Virus record (IMG/VR): IMGVR_UViG_3300045988_165922
Coordinates: 37,893-101,892 of that record
Source: a virus
Length of the DNA: 64,000 bases
Direction: 5' to 3' (one strand)
The notes beneath the pieces are model-generated. The model saw only the letters and a program-made list of their open reading frames with translations. It did no database searches and was not told the origin of the DNA. Shown in pieces: positions 34,462 through 42,862 of the stretch. Positions within the stretch are counted from its first letter, which is position 1. The number at the start of each line of letters is the position of its first letter. Made by a program: the position numbers and the translations under genes.

Positions 34462-36225
34462 TCAGATTGCGTCCGGGAACTGTTCGTTCGGAGAGAATTT
34501 GAGGAGTTTCACAGTCGCTCCCTCACGCCATTTGTTCCACGCTTTGATGGTGATTCCGACGATGCGTCGGCGGGTTGGACGGTCGCTGTGCGCTCCACGC
34601 TTATTGATATCGAACAGCGTGTTGCGGAGTACGAGAATGGGGCTTCCCTCGTCAAGGTTAGCGCCGGAGGCGAGCATGTCGAAGAACCGTTCGCACGCCT
34701 CACCGTCGATTTCGTTGAACGTCCAGTAGAGGAGCGCGGCCATGCTGGTGGACATGAGATGATTGCTTTTCGTGTAGAACGTGCTGGCCTGTCGTAGCGT
34801 ATCCTCCAATTGCGGAGTGCTTTCGATGAACGTCAGCAGTTCATTTCGGGTCGGTGACATGTTGTTGACGCATGCGGCTTCCACACCCAACTGTTCGCTC
34901 AGATAGATGGAACGGGCCACGGTGGAAAGCTGTTTGGCGTTGTTACGGCCTTTCAGTTCGAGCACGTTAGCCATGGTGCGGACCTTGCCCGCATCCATGG
35001 TCTCCTGCGTGTCTTCGGGCAGTCCGCGAATGACCAGAGTGCGGAACGGAACACCGGATTCGACGCATGCGAGGAGCCTGTGCTGTCCGTCCAACAAGCG
35101 TCCCGTGTTGCTGAATTTGATGGCTTCGCCGTTCATTTTCCAAGCCTTCTGCGCCATGGTTCGGGCGAACAGTTCGACCTGTGTGCGGCTCACGTTGCGG
35201 TTGTTGGTGTTCACGCCGAGCATTTCCTTGGCAACGTCCGGTGTGATGGTTTCGACCCGTCCGGTGATGCTGTCCCAATCGTATTCGTCGGTTTCACTGG
35301 CGTAGGATGGCGTGGCCTTGGGTGCTGGCTCTTCCGGTTTCAAATGGATGAGCAACGTGGTTTTCGGAGCGCCGGAATGCCGTCTGATTTCGGTTTTCGG
35401 TGGTTTCACTTCGACCGTCTCGTACTGTTCGGATTCCTCGACCTGATTCATGGCGAACGCGAACGCGGTCATGGTGAACGCGAGCATGAACCTGTCCACG
35501 CTTCGTTTCGGAGGGAACTGTTTCATTCCGTCGATGATGCGGGTGGCGTCCGAATGGGTGATGTATGGGCAGTGGTTCACAACCGTGTCCAGTCCGCCCT
35601 CGTATTCCTTATGGGTGAGGAAGACGAATGGTGCGAGGGGAGTACGCGCCTGTGCCATTCCCTTGAAGCATTGGCCGACCTCATTGTAGATTTCACCAAC
35701 CTGACGGTAACGTGAAACAGTGTCGATGCCGTACTCGTCCACGGGGTTCGTGTACTCGTATTCGTTGTTTTTGAAGATGCGTTCGTTGTATCGGCTGGCC
35801 TCACGCATTCCGGAGCAACGTCCGAAACCGAGCGTGGTTCCGCTGCTTTTCGTACCGTCAGTCCGTTTCAGATTGTCTTTGCTCAGCCAGTAGGCTTCCA
35901 TATCCGCGATGAATGTTTTCGCCGCGACTTTCTTGGTGAGGTTCCGTCCGGTCATACGGGCGAAGTATTCTCCTTCGATGCCGGTGAGGACTGGCAGTCC
36001 GGTTCCGACGAACAGATTATCAGGCAGTAGGCCGTACCATTCGGGGTTGATTTCATGGTCGCTCATGTAGGAGAGAATCCGTCCCACGCTGTCACGGTCG
36101 ATGAACACTGTCCGCGCGTTGGCGAATGAGTCAACGTCGAGATTCAACGCCTTGCATGTCGGGAGGAGGTCTTTCTGAATCATGGTCATGAACCGTGGTT
36201 CGGTTTTGATGTCTTTGTTAGGCAT
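34462..36225 (-). CDS. ParB/Srx-like nuclease-domain protein with a large N-terminal domain of unknown function, 587 aa
   Basis: ParB-like motif FSNTGRLLDGQHRLLA in the C-terminal half; RBS GAAGGAAGGAAAC. Confidence 0.6.
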   Translation of the reverse strand: MPNKDIKTEPRFMTMIQKDLLPTCKALNLDVDSFANARTVFIDRDSVGRILSYMSDHEINPEWYGLLPDNLFVGTGLPVLTGIEGEYFARMTGRNLTKKVAAKTFIADMEAYWLSKDNLKRTDGTKSSGTTLGFGRCSGMREASRYNERIFKNNEYEYTNPVDEYGIDTVSRYRQVGEIYNEVGQCFKGMAQARTPLAPFVFLTHKEYEGGLDTVVNHCPYITHSDATRIIDGMKQFPPKRSVDRFMLAFTMTAFAFAMNQVEESEQYETVEVKPPKTEIRRHSGAPKTTLLIHLKPEEPAPKATPSYASETDEYDWDSITGRVETITPDVAKEMLGVNTNNRNVSRTQVELFARTMAQKAWKMNGEAIKFSNTGRLLDGQHRLLACVESGVPFRTLVIRGLPEDTQETMDAGKVRTMANVLELKGRNNAKQLSTVARSIYLSEQLGVEAACVNNMSPTRNELLTFIESTPQLEDTLRQASTFYTKSNHLMSTSMAALLYWTFNEIDGEACERFFDMLASGANLDEGSPILVLRNTLFDINKRGAHSDRPTRRRIVGITIKAWNKWREGATVKLLKFSPNEQFPDAI

Positions 36226-36769
36226 GGTTTCCTTCCTTCAATCGTTTCAGCATCCGGTAGGTTTTGGGGGCGCAACCGGATGGATTGTGTTCCTCTTTCC
36301 GATACTGTTTTTCGAGTTCGCTCCAATGGTCGATGATGGTTTTCCAATCGTCCGACACGTTGCGCATGAGACTCAGATAGGCACGTGCGACTGGCACCAT
36401 GTCGAACATTCCGAGTATCCGACGTAGGTCTCCGGGGTCTTTCGGAGTGTCCTCGCAACCATGTTCGCGCGTGCCGTTCACGGTCATTGTGATTCCGGTG
36501 AGCCGTTGGACGATGGCGAGCGAGCTGAGGCCCACGTCACCGTTGGCGAGCCATGCGGCGAACAGTTCCAACGGAAGTCTGGGACTGTCCGTCATGCCGT
36601 CGGAGGCTGGGTTGAGGTTGGCAACGAGCCTGTTCTTCGGAACGTCCGCGATGATGTCCGGCTGGGTTTCGGAGTCTGGTATTCGACCGTAGACGAGATG
36701 GTTGTTGACGAGTATGGACGGTTGTCGGCCACCATATACGCCGATGGTGCAAACGGTGTCTTCGACCAT
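36218..36769 (-). CDS. hypothetical protein, 183 aa
   Basis: ORF track; overlaps neighbours by a few nt, so operonic. Confidence 0.5.
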   Translation of the reverse strand: MVEDTVCTIGVYGGRQPSILVNNHLVYGRIPDSETQPDIIADVPKNRLVANLNPASDGMTDSPRLPLELFAAWLANGDVGLSSLAIVQRLTGITMTVNGTREHGCEDTPKDPGDLRRILGMFDMVPVARAYLSLMRNVSDDWKTIIDHWSELEKQYRKEEHNPSGCAPKTYRMLKRLKEGNHA

Positions 36770-36772
36770 GGT

Positions 36773-36997
36773 TCACGCTTCCATCCAGTGGATGCTTTCG
36801 TTGAGGAAGTCTCTGATTTTGCGGAGGGTTTCTATATCGTTGACGACGACGCTGGTCGCGGTGTCGCTGTCGGTGATGGTGAACATGAGTTCCTTGCCGA
36901 AGCTGGGGGATTGGAGGATTGTGAGCTTGTTGGTTCCCTCGTTGCCGACGATTTGGAGTGCGGATGTGTTGCCGTTGTCGTATTTGGTTGCGCTCAT
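36773..36997 (-). CDS. hypothetical protein, 74 aa
   Basis: ORF track; first gene of the minus-strand operon below the divergent promoter. Confidence 0.45.
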   Translation of the reverse strand: MSATKYDNGNTSALQIVGNEGTNKLTILQSPSFGKELMFTITDSDTATSVVVNDIETLRKIRDFLNESIHWMEA

Positions 36998-37032
36998 TGT
37001 TTCTGTGGTCTTTTCCGTTCCTGTGGAATGTT

Positions 37033-37058
37033 TTGTGTGGGCGAGGTCAGCTTAACAC
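37033..37058 (-). promoter_or_regulatory. degenerate promoter/leader motif copy (ttgtgtgggcgaggtcagcttaacac)
   Basis: resembles the 3207..3230 variant; oriented toward the 36997 operon. Confidence 0.35.
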
Positions 37059-37124
37059 ACTAGGTGGGGGTATGCAAGCGTTCGGGGATTCGCGGTCGGA
37101 TGATTTGCGTTCGACCATACCCTT

Positions 37125-37148
37125 TGTTATACTGGAATCGTCCACAAA
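37125..37148 (+). promoter_or_regulatory. conserved promoter/leader motif copy, plus orientation (tgttatactggaatcgtccacaaa)
   Basis: consensus copy about 50 nt before the 37198 gene; divergent from 37033..37058. Confidence 0.55.
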
Positions 37149-37197
37149 AAAGGGAGTCGCACACCTCCCCAACACGCCAGAACAAAAAGAAGAAACC

Positions 37198-37374
37198 ATG
37201 AGCAAACAGACGGAAAACAACATCAACCTGACACTGACACTCATCACAATCGTCAGCGCATTCCTCATGTGGAGACAGGATTACGGCCACGTGGTAATGG
37301 CAATCACCAGCATCACATTCCTACTCAGCTCCACCGCACTGTTCGCTCACTTCATCAAGAAACTCGACGCCTAA
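37198..37374 (+). CDS. small membrane protein, 58 aa
   Basis: start MSKQTENN with RBS AAGAAGAAACC; two hydrophobic helices. Confidence 0.45.
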   Translation: MSKQTENNINLTLTLITIVSAFLMWRQDYGHVVMAITSITFLLSSTALFAHFIKKLDA

Positions 37375-37444
37375 AAACAAAAAAGGAATGCCCCAGCCCG
37401 AACGGACTGGGGCATAGGCATATTCGCAAGAACGAAGAAAACCA

Positions 37445-37825
37445 ATGGACGATAAAAACAACACCGAACGAGAGCCGAGAACCGAAGTGGAACGACTCCT
37501 GTTCAAGAACGAACGCATGCAGGACGCGCTGCTCGACCTCAAGGACACCATGAGCAGAATGATTGGCGAAGGCCGACTGCCAAACGACGACGAGGTACAC
37601 CAATGGTTTGAGGGAATCGACCGCAAACTCGAACACGAGGCCGCTGACCGTGAGGTGTTGCTGTTCAACCATGGGGCCATGACCACAGTGCTCCCGAAGT
37701 CCACTGAACGATACCAACCCGACCTTCAAGTCCGATATCAGGAAATTCTCACCACATGCAACAAAGCGTATGCGGACGCCGACTACAAATATTGGATTGG
37801 CCGTTTCCAACAGGCCGGACTCTGA
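37445..37825 (+). CDS. hypothetical protein, 126 aa
   Basis: ORF track; RBS GAAGAAAACCA. Confidence 0.5.
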   Translation: MDDKNNTEREPRTEVERLLFKNERMQDALLDLKDTMSRMIGEGRLPNDDEVHQWFEGIDRKLEHEAADREVLLFNHGAMTTVLPKSTERYQPDLQVRYQEILTTCNKAYADADYKYWIGRFQQAGL

Positions 37826-37884
37826 CCTGAAAAACGCAATCCGAGCACAGTGGACAACACTGAAAGGAGTATTCGGACAGGACA

Positions 37885-38226
37885 ATGCCGGAAACCATAC
37901 AGACATACCATCCAACGTTCGAGAAGGCCAAGAAGCTCTTCAATCTGCGTAAAAGATTGTGGGAGATAGCCGACGGTAAAAGCGACGGAACAATCTCATA
38001 TGAGGAGGCGAACCATCTCGCCGTGGACGCGGTGGCGACCGCCAACGGAGGAATGCCACGCGCCACGAGCGGCCCCATGGTAAGACTCTGCAAGCTTTGC
38101 ACCAACGGTTGGATTCGTGAAGCGGCAAACGAGATGGGCTTGGTTTACCCGGACTTGGACAGCCCGGAACGGTGGGGCAAACATCGAGACCATAGCCGTA
38201 AAAAGGAAAGGAAGGCAACGGTTTGA
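37885..38226 (+). CDS. small protein of the C-x-NGWIREA motif family, copy 1
   Basis: CTNGWIREAANEMGLVYPDLDSPERW; tandem paralog of 38223..38564. Confidence 0.5.
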   Translation: MPETIQTYHPTFEKAKKLFNLRKRLWEIADGKSDGTISYEEANHLAVDAVATANGGMPRATSGPMVRLCKLCTNGWIREAANEMGLVYPDLDSPERWGKHRDHSRKKERKATV

Positions 38227-38564
38227 GCGGCAACGGATTCGGCAAGGAAGACATAAGCAGAACAGCCATTCCGGCACGCCCATACGCCAAGGATATGGCT
38301 ACCATCAACCGTCTGATAGCAAGGTTGCAAACCATTTCGGACGATAAGGCCAAAGGGAAAATCACATTCCAACAGGCGAACAAGAAGGCTGTGGAAGCAA
38401 TCCACAAGGCACGGAACACCAAGTCGAAGTCCCTGCAACGCAAGCCATTAGATTATTTAGAACGTATCTGCGAGAACGGTTGGATTCGGGAAGCTGTGCG
38501 AAAGATTCCCGAACTGTACCCGTATCTCGACCATCCAGATTTGTGGCTTCGTAAAGGCGCCTGA
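38223..38564 (+). CDS. small protein of the C-x-NGWIREA motif family, copy 2
   Basis: CENGWIREAVRKIPELYPYLDHPDLW; overlaps copy 1 by 4 nt. Confidence 0.5.
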   Translation: MSGNGFGKEDISRTAIPARPYAKDMATINRLIARLQTISDDKAKGKITFQQANKKAVEAIHKARNTKSKSLQRKPLDYLERICENGWIREAVRKIPELYPYLDHPDLWLRKGA

Positions 38565-38794
38565 TGTATTCCAAAGAGCAGATATGTTGCATGGTTTCTC
38601 TCATAATATTGTCGGCGTTGAGCTTGACCGCGCTGGTGCATTACGCTCGACTGTCGATAGGAAGAATGAGTCGGATGCCTGACGAGAAATCCCGTTCAGA
38701 CCTGTTCAACTATCGGCTGATGACCGTCGTGTCACTGCTGGTGTTGTCGGTTTCGGTGGGTTCCATCATCGTCTACGGTTCCTCTCTCAAATAG
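38564..38794 (+). CDS. small membrane protein, 76 aa
   Basis: ORF track; two TM helices. Confidence 0.4.
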   Translation: MYSKEQICCMVSLIILSALSLTALVHYARLSIGRMSRMPDEKSRSDLFNYRLMTVVSLLVLSVSVGSIIVYGSSLK

Positions 38795-38896
38795 ATTGGA
38801 TTGGAAGACTGCCGTATTTATACTTCCTTCTACTTCTCAAACATTGACCATAACGTTTATTGACAAGAATCATTTTCAGAAAGCAGGAAGGTCAGT
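38795..38896 (+). promoter_or_regulatory. AT-rich promoter region of the AAA-ATPase cassette
   Basis: low-GC spacer carrying ttgacc/ttgaca -35-like hexamers. Confidence 0.4.
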
Positions 38897-39853
38897 ATGT
38901 TAAACAGCACGGAAATGCTTCGACTGGTCAGAGCCGCATGCAACGGAGACCATTTGAAACTGTCCCAGCAAATCGACTTGCTGGCCGACTCGGTGGAGAA
39001 AGCCAAGCCGACCGCTTACACCACGAATCTACGTCGGCTGGCGGAGTCGGAACGAGAGAAGGGACTGGCTGTCAATGCGAGTCTGGCACCGGTTGACGGG
39101 TTGACCGAACCGTTGCTCCCACCGGACGGTACTCATAAGCCTGTGTGGGATAAGACCGTGCGGGAACTGTTGGACGGACTGGTTGCCGAGTATAAGAAAC
39201 TGGATGTTCTGACAGCGCATAATCTCGCTCCCCGTAATCGAATCATACTCACTGGAGCGCCCGGCACGGGTAAGACCACCTTTGCTTCCATCCTGTCGAA
39301 GAGGCTTGGACTGGACGGTGTTATTCTTCGTGCAGACCGTGTTATCAGCAGTCAGCTCGGCAAGACGTTAACCAATATCGCCTTGGTGTTCGACCGGCTC
39401 CACATGGAACGAAAGCTCCTGTTCATAGACGAATGCGACATGCTTCTTGCCCGACGCGACAACTCCCATGACGTTGCCGAAATGCGTCGAGCCACCAATC
39501 TCGTACTCCAGAAAATCGACACGCTACCAGATGATTGCATTCTCGTCTGCGCCACCAACATGAGCAGTCTTATAGACCGTGCCGCATGGCGTAGGTTCGA
39601 CGTCCGGGTTCATATGACACTACCGGACAAGGCGACTTCAAGACTTATCATCATGCACCGACTCAAGGAGTTGAACATCCAAGCCGACGGTCAACCGCTC
39701 GACATCGACATAGAAGATGTTAGTCCGGCCCTGCTTGTCCAAACCGTGGACAATCTGGCCCGCAAGACTTTGATTTCCGGTTCGGAAACCATTCCGACCG
39801 ACCTGTTCGTCAATGCTTTCAACTCTCTGAAGATGGAGGTTCCCAACCAGTGA
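38897..39853 (+). CDS. classical AAA family ATPase, 318 aa
   Basis: Walker A GAPGTGKTT, Walker B LLFIDECD, sensor-1 CATN, Arg finger RRFD. Confidence 0.75.
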   Translation: MLNSTEMLRLVRAACNGDHLKLSQQIDLLADSVEKAKPTAYTTNLRRLAESEREKGLAVNASLAPVDGLTEPLLPPDGTHKPVWDKTVRELLDGLVAEYKKLDVLTAHNLAPRNRIILTGAPGTGKTTFASILSKRLGLDGVILRADRVISSQLGKTLTNIALVFDRLHMERKLLFIDECDMLLARRDNSHDVAEMRRATNLVLQKIDTLPDDCILVCATNMSSLIDRAAWRRFDVRVHMTLPDKATSRLIIMHRLKELNIQADGQPLDIDIEDVSPALLVQTVDNLARKTLISGSETIPTDLFVNAFNSLKMEVPNQ

Positions 39854-40116
39854 ACCGTGACGGATACAAGTTCGATATCAATGTCCGCAGAAACGGTTTC
39901 ATGTCATATCTGTGGAGCGCCGAAGTGGAAGATGAAGGATTCTTCACTCCCATTGCGAACGGTACTGCCCACACTCTCAACGGCGGCAAGAAAGCCGCTA
40001 TGAAACAAGCGAGAAAGTGGGCGCAACACCAGCTCGCCCACCCCAGTGAAAAGGAAAGGTGGGCGGAATGTACGACGATGAGCAACACCAAAACCAGACA
40101 CCGGCGAAGTCACTGA
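39850..40116 (+). CDS. hypothetical protein, 88 aa, translationally coupled to the AAA ATPase (GTGA overlap)
   Basis: ORF track; start overlaps the ATPase stop. Confidence 0.45.
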   Translation: MNRDGYKFDINVRRNGFMSYLWSAEVEDEGFFTPIANGTAHTLNGGKKAAMKQARKWAQHQLAHPSEKERWAECTTMSNTKTRHRRSH

Positions 40117-40367
40117 AACGTTCCGGAAGGCAACCGAAACTATCCGACGTCGTCATGCTCGACCGGGGTTGTCAACTGTGGATTCGTGAAGCCCGTAAAG
40201 GGAACATCACTGACACGTCGAAGACCTTGGAGAAGATTCGATACCAGCTTCGATTGGAACGTCGTGTGGCCGGACAATCCGGCTCTGGACTTCGTAGACC
40301 TGTGGGTAGGGATAAAAAACCCGATACGGATGGGAACGGTTCAAAGCCGGATAGGAAAGACTTATAA
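40068..40367 (+). CDS. small protein with a C-QLWIREA motif (third member of the WIREA family)
   Basis: ATG MYDDEQ with RBS AAGGAAAGG; overlaps the 3' end of the upstream ORF by ~49 nt. Confidence 0.35.
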   Translation: MYDDEQHQNQTPAKSLKRSGRQPKLSDVVMLDRGCQLWIREARKGNITDTSKTLEKIRYQLRLERRVAGQSGSGLRRPVGRDKKPDTDGNGSKPDRKDL

Positions 40368-40374
40368 CCTATAA

Positions 40375-40413
40375 GGGTGCCGGTTGACGATGCCGTCAAC
40401 CGGCACCCTTTGG
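40375..40413 (+). terminator. rho-independent terminator (gggtgccggttgac gatgcc gtcaaccggcaccc + TTTGG)
   Basis: perfect 14-bp stem immediately after the 40367 stop. Confidence 0.7.
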
Positions 40414-40491
40414 TATCCGACCTCACAATACTGGGGGTATCATTGTGTTATCGACGGAACCACACGCCCGTCATTTTTATAAGGAGACACA

Positions 40492-41256
40492 ATGAACGAA
40501 GGAACCTATGGGCTGGAGACCCTGAAAGCCGACTATCATACGATAGTCGGCTACGATATCGGCTATCTCACCGCGGAATCCTATCCGCTGTTCGCACCCT
40601 ATCGTGCGAAAACCAAGAACAGTTTCTCCGGTAGAGTACCGAGACTGTTAAGCATAATCATCACCACTCTCATCAACACGCCAAGCCGCGAATGGGATGC
40701 GGAAACCCGCACGCTCACCATCGGTGACGACTTCTTCTTCCTCGCCAACAAATGCGGGTTGAACAGTGGAGGAGACGGACGCACTACCGTCCGGAACCAG
40801 CTTCTCATGCTCTCGTCAATCCAGTTCACCGGAGCAGACGGAGTCAAAGTCACGCCGGTCGAACACACCGAAATCACCGCCGACAGTCTCACTATCGAGC
40901 ATCGGAAAATCACGTTCACGGAACCGTTCGTAAAAATGATGACAAGGAACGTCCGGCAGATGCCGTTGAAGTGTCTGTACCCCAACGCGGGTAGCGCCAT
41001 AGCGATAGACCTGCTCGTATTGGCGGCATTGTATTGTCCGAACGACCATAGGCTCATCATCGAACGGGCAGACCTTCCATCACTGCTTCCAGCAAGCAGG
41101 CAAAGCCTCTCCAAGCAGAATCTTCTAAATAGATTCAAGGAGTTAAACGACAGGCAGAACGAGTGGACGTATCGTATAACGAAATACAGCGTGACCATCA
41201 GCCCGTTCGGAGTGTACTCGTCCGAAGACGCTTTGAGATTACGTCGCAGACAATAG
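40492..41256 (+). CDS. hypothetical protein, 254 aa; possible DNA-binding or replication-associated, function unproven
   Basis: ORF track; RBS TAAGGAGACACA; flanked by terminators on both sides. Confidence 0.5.
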   Translation: MNEGTYGLETLKADYHTIVGYDIGYLTAESYPLFAPYRAKTKNSFSGRVPRLLSIIITTLINTPSREWDAETRTLTIGDDFFFLANKCGLNSGGDGRTTVRNQLLMLSSIQFTGADGVKVTPVEHTEITADSLTIEHRKITFTEPFVKMMTRNVRQMPLKCLYPNAGSAIAIDLLVLAALYCPNDHRLIIERADLPSLLPASRQSLSKQNLLNRFKELNDRQNEWTYRITKYSVTISPFGVYSSEDALRLRRRQ

Positions 41257-41280
41257 TTCGAGTATGAACAGAGGGGAGCC

Positions 41281-41312
41281 GACCGTAAGGACGACTCCCC
41301 TCAATGATGTCG
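41281..41312. terminator. bidirectional hairpin terminator (gaggggag...ctcccctc)
   Basis: 8-bp GC stem between the convergent genes 40492..41256 (+) and 41323..42045 (-). Confidence 0.5.
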
Positions 41313-41322
41313 GAATGGGAAC

Positions 41323-42045
41323 TCAGATTTTCAGCTCATCGATAACGGAAAGGTCAACACCGTCACCCCAATTATCGACAATCTTGCTCAGGTTCTTACG
41401 CATTCCGGCAGGAGACTGGTCGTCAACCGGACGGCCGAAATTCTTCTCCGGCGCGACCGCGTTCAGCACGGAGAACAGCAGGTTGGTCATATCCTTGCCC
41501 TGCGCGAACACCAACGTCACCTCTGCGGCAATCATGCCCGGCTCGGCTGTAGCCAACCCTTCCAACGCGGACGCGAACTCGGAGATTCGACGTTGGTTCT
41601 TCGGCTCGGTCAATGCGTCCAGCACTGCTTCCGGAGTGCTCTTCTTCGTATCGGTCAACGCCTTGGCGAGAGAAACCACACGCTCGTCATCCAACGATTT
41701 GACAAGAGGAATCAGCTTCTTGCCGAACTGTTCCTCGATGTGCGGCATGGTCTTCTCACGCGGTTTGCGGTTGGAACGGCCCTTACCTTTCCCCTTCGGC
41801 TTGTCTTCGGTTTCAGTGGACTCAGCGTCCACGTTCATGTCCTCACCATCAGCCGGTGCGGACACGTCAGCGACAGGCTCCGAACTCTCCTGATTAAGAG
41901 AATCGGATTCCGTCTGCGACTCCTCGACAGAAGACTGCTCCGGTTCAGCATAATTGTCGGAACCGTAACCATTGTCCTGCTCCGACTGCTGGTTGTTGTT
42001 GAATCCCCAATTGGTGAAGTCTGGCATCATACCTTCTTTCGTCAT
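41323..42045 (-). CDS. protein with acidic disordered N-terminus and a structured C-terminal domain, 240 aa (alternative start at 42030)
   Basis: ORF track; RBS GAAAGAAGG before the second ATG. Confidence 0.5.
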   Translation of the reverse strand: MTKEGMMPDFTNWGFNNNQQSEQDNGYGSDNYAEPEQSSVEESQTESDSLNQESSEPVADVSAPADGEDMNVDAESTETEDKPKGKGKGRSNRKPREKTMPHIEEQFGKKLIPLVKSLDDERVVSLAKALTDTKKSTPEAVLDALTEPKNQRRISEFASALEGLATAEPGMIAAEVTLVFAQGKDMTNLLFSVLNAVAPEKNFGRPVDDQSPAGMRKNLSKIVDNWGDGVDLSVIDELKI

Positions 42046-42149
42046 ATCCAGAGAACACTCCGGTCGTACAGGCTGTTAACAGTCGGAACGAGGTGTTCTG
42101 TATTTTCAATTCACGAGTGTAACGCCCGACGGCATCCCTAAACGAGGAA

Positions 42150-42840
42150 AACGGGAAAAAACAATTCCCCGCGCCGCCCGCGCCGGTAGGCCAACATGAA
42201 TAGCGGATTCAAAAAAAGAAAAGATGACCAAAACCAAAAAGACAAAAAGATAGAAAACACTCCCCACCAAAAATCAGAAAACAAACACCATCACATCAAA
42301 AAGAAGAACCAAGAAAACCAGAAAGAAAAAAGAAAAAGAAGAACATAAGAGAAATAAGAGAAGACATCCTAAGCAAATAGAAGCAACAGAAGAACAGGAC
42401 AACACCCAGCAACATAATCAGGAAAAGAACAACAGAGAAAAGGACAACAGAAGAAGAAACGCCTACCCCTAAATCGGGAATACAACGTATGAAAACAACA
42501 GAGGCAACGCAACCATCCACAAAAGAACAGCACATCAACCCATATGACATACAGAACAGAAGAACGACATCACCAAACACCCCAAGAAACAAGAAAAGCA
42601 ACAAGCCACACCATCACAAGACAAACCGAACATCAGTATCAACACGACGGCACACAACAACCACAGCACAAAACGACAACAGCGAAAGGTCAATAGTCTC
42701 ACTAACAAGGTCAACGACAATCAAAACAAGGTAACATCAATACAGGAACAGCCAATGCAATGAAAAAAGCAACAGCAGAACCAACAAAAAACTAAATATC
42801 AAAAAACTATAAATGCCAGAACTCGGACAAAACCGTAAAC
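42150..42840 (+). other. ~700-bp strand-asymmetric A-rich (A+C-rich, T-poor) low-complexity intergenic tract
   Basis: plus strand is mostly A with very few T; lies between divergent gene starts 42045 (-) and 42863 (+). Confidence 0.7.
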
Positions 42841-42862
42841 GTTCCGATGAAAACAACGGAAC

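Noticed and set aside
40492-41256. A second replication initiator
   Set aside because: The idea rests only on position (between terminators, near the ParA-like gene) and a vague wHTH-like impression. No iterons or AT-rich origin lie adjacent, so it is kept as hypothetical.
42296-42734. ORFs 42296..42604 (-) and 42489..42734 (+)
   Set aside because: They lie entirely within the A-rich tract. Their translations are low-complexity poly-K/N/T or poly-F/L strings, and they have no RBS.
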